Shown: positions 1-10,363, counted from the stretch's first letter. The stretch is 25,779 bases of DNA from Anaerovoracaceae bacterium (GCA_041678465.1 JBAYOC010000001.1:1-25779); one strand, 5' to 3'. The notes: a model not told the origin generated them from the sequence alone. A program made the numbers and translations.

Positions 1-1031
1 ACCCCGTAGACAGACCCTCTGCCGAATTCGATAAGATCGAGGCCAAAAAGGGCTTTGGAGTAAACATAAAGGTTACAGTAGTTCCCGAAGTTGAAGTAAA
101 GGATTATAAGGGTGTCAAGATTTCCAAGGTCGATAATACCGTATCGGATGAAGATGTGGAAAAGGATCTGGATGCCATGCAGAAGAGAAATTCCAGAATG
201 ATAGTTGTAGAGAGACCGGCAAAAGAAGGCGACACAGTATTGATTGACTATGCTGGATTTGTTGGGGAAGAACAGTTCGAAGGAGGCACTGCAGAGCGTC
301 AGCCTCTGAACCTGGGCTCCAACACCTTTATTCCCGGCTTTGAAGAACAGCTCATCGGAACTTCAGTGGGTGACGAAGTAGATGTCAAAGTAACCTTCCC
401 CGAAGAGTATCATTCCGAAGACCTGGCAGGCAAGGAAGCTGTATTCAAATGCAAGGTGCATGAAATTAAAGAAACAGAGCTTCCGGAAATTGACGATGAG
501 TTCGCAAAGGACGTCAGCGAGTTCGAAACATTAGAAGAATTGAAAGCTGACATCAGGCATAAGTTAGAAAAGATTGCGAAAGATAAGGCAGAGTATGATA
601 TGAAGAACGCTGTTCTGGAAAAGGTTTACGAAGGAACAGAAGTCGACATACCCGACGCCATGATAGAGAGCCAGATCGACGACATGCTTCAGGAGTTCCA
701 GCAGCAGCTGCGCTACCAGGGTATGGATCTGAATCAATACTTTGAGTATCTGAACAAGAACGTGGGCGAATTCAGAGAAGAAATCAAGCCGGACGCCCTT
801 AAAAAGGTAAAGACAAAACTTGTTGTGGAAGCTGTTGCTAATGCTGAGGATGTGAATGCTTCGGAAGAAGATATTGACAAGGAATTGGCTGCTATGGCGG
901 AACAATATAAGATGGAAGTAGATAAACTGAAAGAAGTAATGGGCGATCAAGGTCTCCATCTTATCAAGCAGGATATCAGAAACAGGAAAGCTATCGATCT
1001 CATGTATGAAAATGCAGTTGTAGAAGGATAG
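1..1031 (+). CDS. tig: Trigger factor (5'-truncated by window start)
   Basis: Frame is open from nt 3 ([13 protein letters not shown]...[12 protein letters not shown]) into the listed ORF; FKBP-type PPIase segment [20 protein letters not shown]...FIPGFEEQL...VTFPEEYH; directly upstream of clpP-clpX. Confidence 0.97.
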   Translation, partial: PVDRPSAEFDKIEAKKGFGVNIKVTVVPEVEVKDYKGVKISKVDNTVSDEDVEKDLDAMQKRNSRMIVVERPAKEGDTVLIDYAGFVGEEQFEGGTAERQPLNLGSNTFIPGFEEQLIGTSVGDEVDVKVTFPEEYHSEDLAGKEAVFKCKVHEIKETELPEIDDEFAKDVSEFETLEELKADIRHKLEKIAKDKAEYDMKNAVLEKVYEGTEVDIPDAMIESQIDDMLQEFQQQLRYQGMDLNQYFEYLNKNVGEFREEIKPDALKKVKTKLVVEAVANAEDVNASEEDIDKELAAMAEQYKMEVDKLKEVMGDQGLHLIKQDIRNRKAIDLMYENAVVEG

Positions 1032-1062
1032 TATAGACGAAGGATATGAAGGGGGAAACCAA

Positions 1063-1647
1063 ATGTCATTGATCCCAATAGTTGTAGAGCAAACAAGTCG
1101 CGGCGAGCGATCCTATGATATCTATTCAAGGCTGTTAAAGGACCGTATTATCTTTCTCGGTGAAGAAGTCAACGATCACAGTGCCAGTGTCGTGGTTGCA
1201 CAGTTTCTTTTCCTGGAAGCAGAGGATCCTACTAAGGACATCAGCTTCTATATTAACAGCCCCGGAGGGTCCATCGCGTCCGGTATGGCCATTTACGATA
1301 CCATGCGGTACATTAAACCGGATGTGTCTACAATCTGCATCGGAATGGCTGCAAGCATGGGAGCGTTTTTGCTGGCAGCCGGAGCGAAGGGGAAACGGTT
1401 TGCTCTGCCCAATGCGGAAATAATGATTCACCAACCCTTGGGAGGAATGAGTGGTCAGGCAGAGGATCTGAGGATCCATGCAGAGCGCATTATCAAGACC
1501 AGGGATAAGCTTAATCGTATCCTCAGTGAGAATACAGGGCAACCACTGGAGCGTATTGCAAGAGATACCGACCGTGACAATTTCATGGATGCCGAGGATG
1601 CCGTGACCTATGGGCTTATCGATAAAGTGATTTTGTCCAGAGAGTAA
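1063..1647 (+). CDS. clpP: ATP-dependent Clp protease proteolytic subunit
   Basis: [32 protein letters not shown] (catalytic Ser), IMIHQP (His), RDNFM; purine-rich RBS upstream. Confidence 0.98.
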   Translation: MSLIPIVVEQTSRGERSYDIYSRLLKDRIIFLGEEVNDHSASVVVAQFLFLEAEDPTKDISFYINSPGGSIASGMAIYDTMRYIKPDVSTICIGMAASMGAFLLAAGAKGKRFALPNAEIMIHQPLGGMSGQAEDLRIHAERIIKTRDKLNRILSENTGQPLERIARDTDRDNFMDAEDAVTYGLIDKVILSRE

Positions 1648-1671
1648 AAAATCTATTTGAAAGGGAGTAAT

Positions 1672-2955
1672 ATGGGAAAATACGACGAATCGAAACAATT
1701 GAAATGTTCTTTTTGCGGAAAGCCACAGGACCAGGTTAGACGGCTCGTGGCGGGACCAAATGTATATATATGTGATGTATGCATCGAGCTTTGTCAGGAC
1801 ATTATAAAGGAAGAATTTGCGGAGATGTTATCGGGGACCGGTGATTTTGGCGACCCTATGACCTTGCCGAAACCAAAAGAAATTTCCGATGCCCTGTCGG
1901 ATTACGTGATTGGGCAGGAGGATGCCAAGAAAGCCCTCGCTGTAGCGGTGTACAACCACTACAAGAGAATCGGTGCTTTCGGAGGCACTTCTGAGGACGA
2001 GGTAGAGCTTCAGAAGAGCAACATCGTTATGATGGGACCCACCGGTTCTGGTAAAACACTGCTGGCTCAGACTTTAGCAAAGATTCTCAACGTTCCCTTC
2101 GCCATTGCCGATGCTACCGCGCTAACGGAAGCCGGGTACGTGGGTGAGGATGTGGAGAATATTCTGCTCAAACTGATTCAGTCAGCAGACTACGACATAG
2201 AGAAGGCCCAGAAGGGCATTGTATATGTGGATGAGATCGATAAGATCGCCAGAAAAACAGAGAATCCTTCAATTACCCGGGATGTGAGCGGAGAAGGTGT
2301 TCAGCAGGCGCTTCTGAAGATTCTGGAGGGTACTGTGGCAAGTGTACCGCCTCAGGGGGGACGCAAACATCCCCATCAGGACTTCATTCAGTTTGACACG
2401 ACCAATGTGCTGTTCATCTGCGGCGGCGCCTTTGATGGTTTAGATAAAATCATTCAGAGGAGGATCGGGGAAAAGACCATCGGGTTCAACTCTCAGATCA
2501 AATCCTCAAAGGCAGAGGGAGCGGAGGTATTGAAATCCGTTCAAGCCGAGGATCTTCTGAAATACGGACTGATTCCCGAATTTATCGGAAGGTTGCCAGT
2601 CATGGTAACTTTGGAGGAATTGTCCAAAGAAGCCTTGGTACGCATTATCAAGGAGCCAAGGAACGCCTTGCTCAAGCAGTACAAAAAATTGTTCCAGTTA
2701 GATGGAGTAGAACTTGAAATCGACGATGATGCGGTTCTCCGGTTGGCGGAAAAAGCCATCGAGAGAAAGACGGGGGCCCGGGGTCTTCGGAGCATCATGG
2801 AGCATGTGATGACGGATATTATGTATGAAATTCCGTCGAGAGATGACATCCGGAAGTGCATCATAACAAAGAGTACGATTGATCATAACACGGGACCGAC
2901 TTTAGTTCTCAGAGATGCAAAAAGACTCGGGAAGAAAGAAGAGACTGCATCGTAA
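1672..2955 (+). CDS. clpX: ATP-dependent Clp protease ATP-binding subunit ClpX
   Basis: C4 zinc finger CSFC...CDVC, Walker [20 protein letters not shown] loop (GGRKHP), IGF loop (KTIGF), GARGLR. Start moved from TTG 1657 to ATG 1672 because GGGAG lies just upstream. Confidence 0.98.
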   Translation: MGKYDESKQLKCSFCGKPQDQVRRLVAGPNVYICDVCIELCQDIIKEEFAEMLSGTGDFGDPMTLPKPKEISDALSDYVIGQEDAKKALAVAVYNHYKRIGAFGGTSEDEVELQKSNIVMMGPTGSGKTLLAQTLAKILNVPFAIADATALTEAGYVGEDVENILLKLIQSADYDIEKAQKGIVYVDEIDKIARKTENPSITRDVSGEGVQQALLKILEGTVASVPPQGGRKHPHQDFIQFDTTNVLFICGGAFDGLDKIIQRRIGEKTIGFNSQIKSSKAEGAEVLKSVQAEDLLKYGLIPEFIGRLPVMVTLEELSKEALVRIIKEPRNALLKQYKKLFQLDGVELEIDDDAVLRLAEKAIERKTGARGLRSIMEHVMTDIMYEIPSRDDIRKCIITKSTIDHNTGPTLVLRDAKRLGKKEETAS

Positions 2956-2958
2956 ACT

Positions 2959-2990
2959 GAAAAACAGACGGCTTCCGCCGCCTGTTTTTC
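2959..2990. terminator. Intrinsic terminator-like hairpin between clpX and lon
   Basis: GAAAAACAGACGGC-TTCC-GCCGCCTGTTTTTC: 14-bp stem with one mismatch, including the flanking A/T tracts. Confidence 0.7.
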
Positions 2991-3009
2991 AACTAGGGAG
3001 GTGTAAAAG

Positions 3010-5382
3010 ATGAAGAAAACAAAAGATAACGAAGATATGGAAAAAGACATCAGGGAAGAATTTGAAGAGGCCAGTGACGTTATGCCAATGATTCCCCTAA
3101 GAGGGTTGTCAATCTTTCCGTATATGGTACTTCATTTTGATATAGGTAGAGAAAAGTCCATCAGCGCGCTGGAAAAAGCCATGATGATGAACCAGACTGT
3201 ATTTCTGTCGGCTCAAGTGGCCGCGGAGACAGATTTGCCCACGAGAGACGACTTCTATCAAGTGGGAACCATCGCTAAGATAAAGCAAATGCTACGCCTG
3301 CCCGGCGACACGATTCGGGTCCTGGTAGAGGGTGTCAGCAGAGGGCGTATCGAGGAGTACATCTTTGAGGTTCCCTACTTTAAATGCAGGGTCACCGCTA
3401 TTGAGGAGCAGGAGTTCGATAGTACCCCGCCACGCATTGTTGCATTGATGCGTACGGTATTATCCTCTTTTGAGGAGTACGTCAACTACAGCCCGAGAAT
3501 TTCTCAGGATGTCGTTCCCAGCGTGGCTTCCGTTGAGCAACCGGGACGGCTGGCGGATGTGATAACCTCTCATCTGGATATTAAGACGGAGGAAAAACAG
3601 AGCATACTGGAAGCCTTTGATATTGAAGAGCGCCTCGAACTGTTGAACACGATTTTGACCAAGGAAATTGAAATTCTGCAAATTGAGAGCTCTATAACCA
3701 ATAAGGTCAGAACCCAGATCAACAAGAGCCAAAGAGAGTACTATCTCAAGGAGCAGCTCCGAGTCATTCAGGAGGAGCTCGGTGAGGATGAGGATTCCGA
3801 GGACGAAATTCGCAGTTGGCTTGAACAGTTGAAGAAGCTCAAGCTTCAACCGGCTGTCCACGAGAAAATAGAGAAGGAGATCAAGCGTCTCAAAAAGATT
3901 CAGGGAGGTTCCGCGGAAGGGGGCGTTATTCGCACCTATGTGGAATGGATCCTGGCATTGCCATGGAACAAATCTTCCAAGGACAATAAGGACATCAAGC
4001 TTGCAGAGACCATACTCAACGAAGACCATTATGGTTTAGATAAGGTTAAGGAGCGTGTTCTTGAGTACCTTGCAGTGATTCAGCTGTCAAAGAGCTTGAA
4101 GGGTCCCATTCTCTGTCTTGTAGGCCCGCCGGGAACCGGAAAAACATCTATTGCAAAATCCATCGCTCGGTCGCTTAACAGGAACTTTGTCCGCATGTCC
4201 CTGGGCGGTGTGAGAGATGAAGCAGAAATACGGGGACACAGGAGAACATACATCGGGGCCATCCCGGGGCGGATTATTTCTGCCATAAAGGAAGGAAAGA
4301 CAAACAACCCGGTATTCCTTTTTGACGAAGTGGACAAGATCGGAAATGATTTCCGTGGAGATCCTGCTTCTGCGCTACTGGAGGTACTTGACCCTGAACA
4401 GAACAAAAGCTTTACAGATCACTATCTGGAGGTTCCCTTTGACCTATCAAAGGTGATGTTTATTACCACGGCGAATACCACGGATACCATACCCAGACCT
4501 CTGCTGGACAGAATGGAAGTCATCCAAGTTACCGGTTATACGGAAGAGGAGAAAGTTAACATTGCAGAGCAGTACCTGATTCCTAAGAAAGTCAAAGAGC
4601 ACGGGTTGAAGCCTGCGGATGTGAAGTTTTCTGAAGCTGCAGTTCGTACTGTTATCAACAACTATACGAGAGAGTCCGGCGTCCGTAATTTGGAGAGAGA
4701 AATAGCCAATGTCTGCAGAAAGGTAGCCAGAACCGTTGCGGAAAAGCAAAGTGGACCAATTAGCGTCTCTGCGTCAAATATTGAAAAATATCTAGGGAAA
4801 AAACGCTACCATTATGATAAGATAGAGGGAGAGAATGAGGTCGGTGTAACAACGGGCCTTGCCTGGACTATTGTCGGTGGAGATACTTTGTCCATTGAAA
4901 CCACTGTGGTTCCCGGGAGCGGTACCCTTGTCCTGACGGGGCAACTGGGAGATGTTATGCAGGAATCGGCCAAGGCCGGCGTCAGCTACATTCGTTCCAG
5001 GGCCAAAGAACTGGGCATAGACGAAAACTTTTATAAGGAAAAGGATCTTCATATTCACATACCCGAAGGGGCGACTCCGAAAGACGGGCCCTCTGCGGGG
5101 GTGACTATGTGCACATCCGTTATATCGGCCCTGACTGGGATTCCCGTCAGAAAGGACCTGGCAATGACAGGGGAAATAACCCTGCGTGGTAAGGTGCTTC
5201 CTGTAGGAGGTATTCGGGAAAAGGTTTTGGCTGCACATAGAGCCGGAATTACCATCGTTTTGCTTCCCAGGGAGAATGAGGCGGACATCGACGAAATTCC
5301 GGCGAAAGTTCGCAGGCGTATCAAGTTCGTTTTGATTGATACCCTGGATCAGGTTCTCAGCGAAGCATTGGTGAAGGAATGA
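3010..5382 (+). CDS. lon: Lon protease (endopeptidase La)
   Basis: N-domain MIPLRG..FP, Walker [18 protein letters not shown], catalytic PKDGPSAG and GGIREK; RBS GGGAGGT. Confidence 0.98.
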   Translation: MKKTKDNEDMEKDIREEFEEASDVMPMIPLRGLSIFPYMVLHFDIGREKSISALEKAMMMNQTVFLSAQVAAETDLPTRDDFYQVGTIAKIKQMLRLPGDTIRVLVEGVSRGRIEEYIFEVPYFKCRVTAIEEQEFDSTPPRIVALMRTVLSSFEEYVNYSPRISQDVVPSVASVEQPGRLADVITSHLDIKTEEKQSILEAFDIEERLELLNTILTKEIEILQIESSITNKVRTQINKSQREYYLKEQLRVIQEELGEDEDSEDEIRSWLEQLKKLKLQPAVHEKIEKEIKRLKKIQGGSAEGGVIRTYVEWILALPWNKSSKDNKDIKLAETILNEDHYGLDKVKERVLEYLAVIQLSKSLKGPILCLVGPPGTGKTSIAKSIARSLNRNFVRMSLGGVRDEAEIRGHRRTYIGAIPGRIISAIKEGKTNNPVFLFDEVDKIGNDFRGDPASALLEVLDPEQNKSFTDHYLEVPFDLSKVMFITTANTTDTIPRPLLDRMEVIQVTGYTEEEKVNIAEQYLIPKKVKEHGLKPADVKFSEAAVRTVINNYTRESGVRNLEREIANVCRKVARTVAEKQSGPISVSASNIEKYLGKKRYHYDKIEGENEVGVTTGLAWTIVGGDTLSIETTVVPGSGTLVLTGQLGDVMQESAKAGVSYIRSRAKELGIDENFYKEKDLHIHIPEGATPKDGPSAGVTMCTSVISALTGIPVRKDLAMTGEITLRGKVLPVGGIREKVLAAHRAGITIVLLPRENEADIDEIPAKVRRRIKFVLIDTLDQVLSEALVKE

Positions 5383-5969
5383 TTATCAAAAAAGCAGAGC
5401 TCTGTGCTGTGGCAGTTAACCGGAACCAATATCCGGATTTTTCGAAGAAGGAAATAGCCATAGCGGGACGGTCCAACGTGGGGAAATCGTCTTTGATCAA
5501 CCTGCTGCTTAATCGAAAGAGCCTGGCAAGAGTCAGCGGCAACCCGGGGAAGACCAGGACGATTAATTTCTATGATGTGAATGACGATTTCCGTATTGTG
5601 GACCTACCGGGCTATGGATACGCTAAAGTTTCCAAATCCATTAGCGAGAACTGGGGAGATATGATAGAGAGTTATCTGTCCAATCGCCCAAATCTGGTAA
5701 AAGCCATACAGCTGGTAGACATACGTCATGCACCCTCTACACAGGATATCCAAATGTATGAATGGATGAGGCATTACGGATTGGACGGCCTGGTGGTGGC
5801 AACCAAAGCGGACAAAGTCTCGAAGTCTGAACTGTCGAGAAATATTAGCATGATTCGAAAGGTGCTTGGGCTTGGCGAAGGGGACTTAGTTATCCCGATA
5901 TCCGCTTTAAAGCGTACCGGAGATGAGGAGCTCCTTAAAGTTTTTGACATGATTCTAAAGGAGGGGTAA
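5379..5969 (+). CDS. engB: Ribosome biogenesis GTPase YihA/YsxC
   Basis: G1 GRSNVGKSS, PGKTRTINFY, G3 DLPGYGY, G4 TKADK; ATGA overlap with the lon stop. Confidence 0.96.
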   Translation: MIIKKAELCAVAVNRNQYPDFSKKEIAIAGRSNVGKSSLINLLLNRKSLARVSGNPGKTRTINFYDVNDDFRIVDLPGYGYAKVSKSISENWGDMIESYLSNRPNLVKAIQLVDIRHAPSTQDIQMYEWMRHYGLDGLVVATKADKVSKSELSRNISMIRKVLGLGEGDLVIPISALKRTGDEELLKVFDMILKEG

Positions 5970-5971
5970 AG

Positions 5972-6346
5972 TTGCAATTTATTTTTATGCGCGTACTAAT
6001 GCGGCGTATTAAGGCCATTCCACCTTTTTTACGCGATAAGGCGGTACCCTTTAGAAAAAAAATGGTTATTATCCTAGGGATTGCTTATCTATTGTGGCCA
6101 CTTGATTTGATACCTACCCCTATACTCCTCTTTGGTATAATTGATGATATCGTTATCTGGGGTTTTATCATCTACTATCTCAGGGAAGAGTTGGATAAAT
6201 ACTGGCTTGGGGAAAAAGAAGTGAAGCCTGAGGAAAGATTCCATGGAAAAAAGATCATAGATGATGTAAAATTCGAGGTGAAGGATGAAACCATACACTG
6301 GTCAGAGGACGACAGTGTAAAGGAGAACAAAGAAAAACGCCAGTAG
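5972..6346 (+). CDS. YkvA/DUF1232-family small membrane protein
   Basis: AYLLWPLDLIP..I..FGIIDD resembles the DUF1232 Y..SP.DLIPD.....G..DD signature; GGAGG 7 nt before TTG 5972 (ATG 5987 is an alternative start). Confidence 0.75.
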   Translation: MQFIFMRVLMRRIKAIPPFLRDKAVPFRKKMVIILGIAYLLWPLDLIPTPILLFGIIDDIVIWGFIIYYLREELDKYWLGEKEVKPEERFHGKKIIDDVKFEVKDETIHWSEDDSVKENKEKRQ

Positions 6347-6378
6347 GCAGAATTGGACTAGCAAATGAAGGAGCAAAC

Positions 6379-6912
6379 ATGGAGAAACGATACGTATTCG
6401 GCGATGTGATGATCGGCAAGGAAGAGCTAAAAAAAAGAGTTCGAGAACTAGGTGCTGAAATATCAAAAGATTATAAAGGAGAATCCATTCTAGCTATCTG
6501 CGTGCTCAAGGGCGCCGTGATCTTTATGAGTGATTTGATTCGTGAACTGAATATTGAAACCAAGATTGACTTTATGGCCGTTTCTAGTTACGGTGCATCC
6601 ACCAAAAGCACGGGTGTTGTCCGAATTCTGAAAGATTTGGACTCCAACATTGAGGGAGAAAACGTGATCATTGTTGAGGACATCATCGACTCCGGGTTAA
6701 CGTTGAAATACCTGAAAGAATACCTGATGGCGAGAAACCCAAAAAGCTTGAAAATTTGTACGCTTTTGGACAAGCCGGAGAGGAGAGTAGCCGAAGTCAA
6801 TGCGGACTACATAGGTTTCTCCATTGAAAATAAATTTATTGTAGGATATGGGCTCGATTTCGATCAGCTGTATCGGAATCTGCCGTATATAAGTTATCTA
6901 GAAGAAGAATAG
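6379..6912 (+). CDS. hpt: Hypoxanthine phosphoribosyltransferase
   Basis: VLKGAVIF, VSSYG, PRPP-binding IVEDIIDSGLT, FIVGYGLD. Confidence 0.96.
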   Translation: MEKRYVFGDVMIGKEELKKRVRELGAEISKDYKGESILAICVLKGAVIFMSDLIRELNIETKIDFMAVSSYGASTKSTGVVRILKDLDSNIEGENVIIVEDIIDSGLTLKYLKEYLMARNPKSLKICTLLDKPERRVAEVNADYIGFSIENKFIVGYGLDFDQLYRNLPYISYLEEE

Positions 6913-6925
6913 TGGAGGAAAAATT

Positions 6926-7498
6926 ATGTCTTACAAAGTACCTGTGGGATTATCCAACAAACATCTGCACCTTTCTGCAGAAGACCTGGAAGCACTTTTC
7001 GGAAAAGGTTACTCTTTAACCCCTTTAAAACCCCTGAAGCAGCCCGGTCAGTATGCATCTGAGGAGAAGGTAGATATTGTAGGTCCTAAAGGAACCCTGA
7101 AAGCAATACGGATCCTTGGACCGGTTCGAAAGGAAACACAAGTAGAGCTGGCGATGACAGATGCCCGTGCTATCGGTGTGGTTGCTCCCGTCAAAGAGTC
7201 TGGTAAGCTGGAAGGAACACCCGGGCTCAAGCTCGTTGGTCCTGCCGGTGAAATAGAAATCGATCACGGTGCCATTGTTGCCCTGCGCCACGTACATCTT
7301 TCAACGGAACAGGCCAAGGAAGCAGGCGTGAAAGATAAGCAAATGGTAAGTCTTCGCTTTGGTGGAGAAAGAGGTTTGGTATTCGACAATGTACTAATTC
7401 GTTCCGGTGAAGGTCACGATTCCGAAATCCATCTGGATACGGATGAAGGAAACGCTGCCGGTTTGAAAAATGGAGACCTTGGGGAGATCATCGCATGA
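6926..7498 (+). CDS. pduL: PduL-type phosphate propanoyl/acetyl-transferase (phosphotransacylase)
   Basis: Two repeated PTAC-like halves with SNKHLHL and ALRHVHL, QPGQYA, RILGP.R..TQVE, HLDTDEGNA; RBS GGAGG. Confidence 0.92.
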   Translation: MSYKVPVGLSNKHLHLSAEDLEALFGKGYSLTPLKPLKQPGQYASEEKVDIVGPKGTLKAIRILGPVRKETQVELAMTDARAIGVVAPVKESGKLEGTPGLKLVGPAGEIEIDHGAIVALRHVHLSTEQAKEAGVKDKQMVSLRFGGERGLVFDNVLIRSGEGHDSEIHLDTDEGNAAGLKNGDLGEIIA

Positions 7499-8142
7499 AA
7501 CCCTTAAGCCAATATATTGATCATACGATTCTCAAGGCGGAAGCAAGGGAAGCGGATATCAGAAAGCTCTGTTGCGAAGCTGCAGAGCATAGTTTTTATG
7601 CCGTCTGTGTTAATTCCTGCTTCGTTTCCTTGGCAAAAAAGGAGCTTGAGGGCAGCGATGTCAAGGTTGCCTCTGTAGTGGGATTTCCTCTGGGTGCCGC
7701 TCATAGGTTAGCCAAAGCCTGCGAGACCGAAATCGCCGTGTCCGAGGGAGCTGATGAGATCGATATGGTACTAAATGTAGGAGCTTTGAAGGAAGGCCGT
7801 TACAATTTCGTGGAGGATGATATCCGCGCAGTGGTGAAAGCCGCAGAAAAAGGCGGCGCCATCGTAAAGGTGATTCTGGAAACCTGCTTGCTTACCGATG
7901 AAGAAATCATAAAAGCGTGCCGGCTCTCGAAGGACGCAGGTGCGAACTTTGTAAAGACCTCAACCGGATTTTCCACCGCCGGCGCAACCGTCCACCATGT
8001 GAAGCTCATGAAAGACACAGTTGGAGATGCGTTGCAGGTAAAGGCCTCCGGTGGCATTCGAGACAAGGCAACGGCTTTACAAATGATAGAAGCCGGTGCA
8101 GATCGAATCGGAGCATCTGCATCAATCGCCATCTGTAAATAA
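7495..8142 (+). CDS. deoC: Deoxyribose-phosphate aldolase
   Basis: IDHTILK, VVGFPLG, EIDMV, VKVILET, FVKTSTGF (Schiff-base Lys), VKASGGIR, RIGAS; ATGA overlap with pduL. Confidence 0.97.
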   Translation: MKPLSQYIDHTILKAEAREADIRKLCCEAAEHSFYAVCVNSCFVSLAKKELEGSDVKVASVVGFPLGAAHRLAKACETEIAVSEGADEIDMVLNVGALKEGRYNFVEDDIRAVVKAAEKGGAIVKVILETCLLTDEEIIKACRLSKDAGANFVKTSTGFSTAGATVHHVKLMKDTVGDALQVKASGGIRDKATALQMIEAGADRIGASASIAICK

Positions 8143-8205
8143 CAACCACAGGGACAGACCCCGTGGTTGAATTTGCCCCCACGGGGACAGACCCTTTGCC
8201 AGGTT
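8140..8205 (+). repeat. 66-nt palindromic REP/REPIN-like element, copy 1
   Basis: TAACAACCACAGGGACAGACCCCGTGG-TTGAATTTGCCC-CCACGGGG-ACAGA-CCCTTTG-CC-AGGTT; first 27 nt are 26/27 identical to the minus-strand copy at 11504-11439. Confidence 0.85.
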
Positions 8206-8215
8206 AAAAACACAT

Positions 8216-8242
8216 AAAACCGCTCCTTTTGGGGGCGGTTTT
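8216..8242. terminator. Intrinsic terminator after deoC
   Basis: AAAACCGCTCC-TTTTG-GGGGCGGTTTT: GC stem with one G-U pair and a T tract on both strands. Confidence 0.8.
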
Positions 8243-8261
8243 CAGCAGGGAAGCAAAATTT

Positions 8262-9695
8262 ATGAATGACAACAAAATCACGTATTTTAGTTACGGCCTG
8301 GGAGGCCTTGCTGAAGCGGGGCTTTACCAGTACATAACCACTTTCCAACTGATTTTTCTCACGGGAGTCGTGAAAATACCACCGGCTACAGCCGGGACAA
8401 TAACATCTGCTGCTATATTACTGGAAGCGGTATGCTGCTTTGTTGTAGGTCACCTGTCGGATAACCTCAGATGGGGTTACGGCAGAAGGAGGCCTTTTAT
8501 TCTCTTGTCTGCATTTCTCTTACCCACTGCTTTGATCGCAAATTTTATAACTGTAAATGCATCTGCGGAAGTCCAGTTTATTTATTATGTGCTGGCAGGT
8601 GCACTATTTTGGATTGCCTATTCTTTGTTTTACATTCCATATACGGCCTTAGGAGCTGAAATTGCGCTGGATTATGATGCGAGAACCAAACTGAGAAGCA
8701 TAACGCGTTTCTTCTCTATTTCAGGAACATTTTTAGCCAACGTTTGTCCGCTTCTGGCGATTGGCGTCCTGATAAAAGTAGGCATGGCGGATGGGCAGGC
8801 ATGGTTGTTGTTTACAGTATCCATATCTCTCCTGGTGGGAATCGGAGTCTATTTTTGCTGGCATTACACCTGTGGAACGGAAAGGGTGCAATTTCTCGAG
8901 AACTCTGAAGCACAAAAAAGCATGAAGAAGCAACTGCTGGAGGATTTCATTTGTATTCTAAAGGACTTCTATCAGTTGATGTGCCTGAAAGCTATGGCGA
9001 TACTCATCGGAACAAAGGTCGTATTTATGTTTGGTTTTACCCTGTATACCTCGGGAATGATGTTTTTTATGCAGTATGGACTTAATCTGGATATCCGGGT
9101 TACCTCAACCGTGTATATGGTTTCTATTATTGCCAGCATCCTTTTTACGCCAATTATAACGCACTGGGCGGTTCGAGGCGGAAAGAAGAGTCTTATTTCG
9201 GGGGCAATGTCCATATCCGGAGCATGCGGCGTGCTGCTTTCCGTTGTCGGCGTTGACAACTATGCAATTTCTTTGCTCTACGTTATTGTGTTCACTTTTG
9301 GACAGGCAGCATTCTGGCAGATCAGCAGTGCAATGTTTTATGATGTAGCGGAAGTAGATGAGTATGTCAATGGTAAGAGACGGGAAGGGGCGATCATCGC
9401 TTTTCAATCTATTGTAGGAACTCTTAGCACAGCCCTAGGTCTCCAGACCATTGGTCTGTTGCTGAAACTGGCCGGATTTAATGAAGCCTTGAGCATACAA
9501 CCCGTGGAGACGGTAAAGATGCTTGAAAATATCTTTGTTCTGTTTCCCAGCTTGTGCTTTCTTGGGGCAACACTGACCCTCATCGCATACCCTCTCAGCA
9601 AAAAGCGTTTTGAACTGCTGCAGCAGGCCCTGTATTTGAGAAGCAGGGGCGAAGATTACAGTCAACTGAAAACCAACATCGACGAATGGATTTAA
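8262..9695 (+). CDS. GPH-family (MelB/UidB/XynP-like, MFS_2) glycoside-pentoside-hexuronide:cation symporter
   Basis: About 12 hydrophobic segments; GHLSD..RWGYGRRRPFIL, PYTALGAEI..DY..RT, YDVAEVDE..NGKRREG. The listed TTG 8229 is inside the terminator, so ATG 8262 is preferred. Confidence 0.88.
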   Translation: MNDNKITYFSYGLGGLAEAGLYQYITTFQLIFLTGVVKIPPATAGTITSAAILLEAVCCFVVGHLSDNLRWGYGRRRPFILLSAFLLPTALIANFITVNASAEVQFIYYVLAGALFWIAYSLFYIPYTALGAEIALDYDARTKLRSITRFFSISGTFLANVCPLLAIGVLIKVGMADGQAWLLFTVSISLLVGIGVYFCWHYTCGTERVQFLENSEAQKSMKKQLLEDFICILKDFYQLMCLKAMAILIGTKVVFMFGFTLYTSGMMFFMQYGLNLDIRVTSTVYMVSIIASILFTPIITHWAVRGGKKSLISGAMSISGACGVLLSVVGVDNYAISLLYVIVFTFGQAAFWQISSAMFYDVAEVDEYVNGKRREGAIIAFQSIVGTLSTALGLQTIGLLLKLAGFNEALSIQPVETVKMLENIFVLFPSLCFLGATLTLIAYPLSKKRFELLQQALYLRSRGEDYSQLKTNIDEWI

Positions 9696-10363
9696 ATGTA
9701 CTCGGTTATGGTCTTGAATATCAGAGAGTGGCCGGCTTTGTTGGGATGTATGCCATCTTCACAAAGCAGATCCTTATAATTACCACACTTTAAGAAGGCC
9801 TTTCGTATATCTATGAGTGGAATATTTTTTGTAGCGGCCAGTTTGACCACAGCAAGGCTATACTTTTCCTGCCAATGATATATAAATTCAACATCACCCA
9901 GCCATCTTAAAATATTTTTAGAATCCAGCCCCTTGGATATCCATGCGAAATAACGCTGCGGATCCAGAGGTGGTAGCGAGAAAAGAACAGGGCGATACTG
10001 TTTTGCTACCATACTGTCAAGAATACGAGAATATACTATTTCAAAGGATTCGATGGGTGTATTTGGCATATGCTTCTCATGAGGATTATCGGAGACTGCA
10101 GGCCAGAAGAAGTCGCAATCGTTTCCACCGAACTCAAGAGCGATATACTTGTACTGGGATAATTTTTCAGAGCACTTCTCGATGATCTTTTCACCTTTTG
10201 TCAGCGTGCAGCCAAACTTTGCAAAGTTGTCTACTGCAATGCCGGTTTTCTTTATAAAGTCATTCACAAAGGAGTTTTCTAGATAGGTATATTTGCTTTT
10301 TCCGCTATCATACACAACACCTTTCATAATGGAATCCCCAAATACTCCTATAGTATCCGACAT
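9692..10363 (-). CDS. SGNH/GDSL-family hydrolase (esterase/lipase)
   Basis: Block I GDSI, block III FGGND, block V DGIHPN; AAGGAGGG RBS before ATG 10363. Confidence 0.9.
   Translation of the reverse strand: MSDTIGVFGDSIMKGVVYDSGKSKYTYLENSFVNDFIKKTGIAVDNFAKFGCTLTKGEKIIEKCSEKLSQYKYIALEFGGNDCDFFWPAVSDNPHEKHMPNTPIESFEIVYSRILDSMVAKQYRPVLFSLPPLDPQRYFAWISKGLDSKNILRWLGDVEFIYHWQEKYSLAVVKLAATKNIPLIDIRKAFLKCGNYKDLLCEDGIHPNKAGHSLIFKTITEYI

Noticed and set aside
1-20. ACCCCGTAGACAGACCC resembles the core of the 66-nt repeat
   Set aside because: It encodes PVDRP inside the open tig frame, lacks the GGG and the second arm; best explained as coincidence.
1032-1062. Looked for CtsR or CIRCE heat-shock operators before clpP (and before clpX and lon)
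   Set aside because: No GTCAAA-type direct repeat or CIRCE inverted repeat seen; gaps are short.
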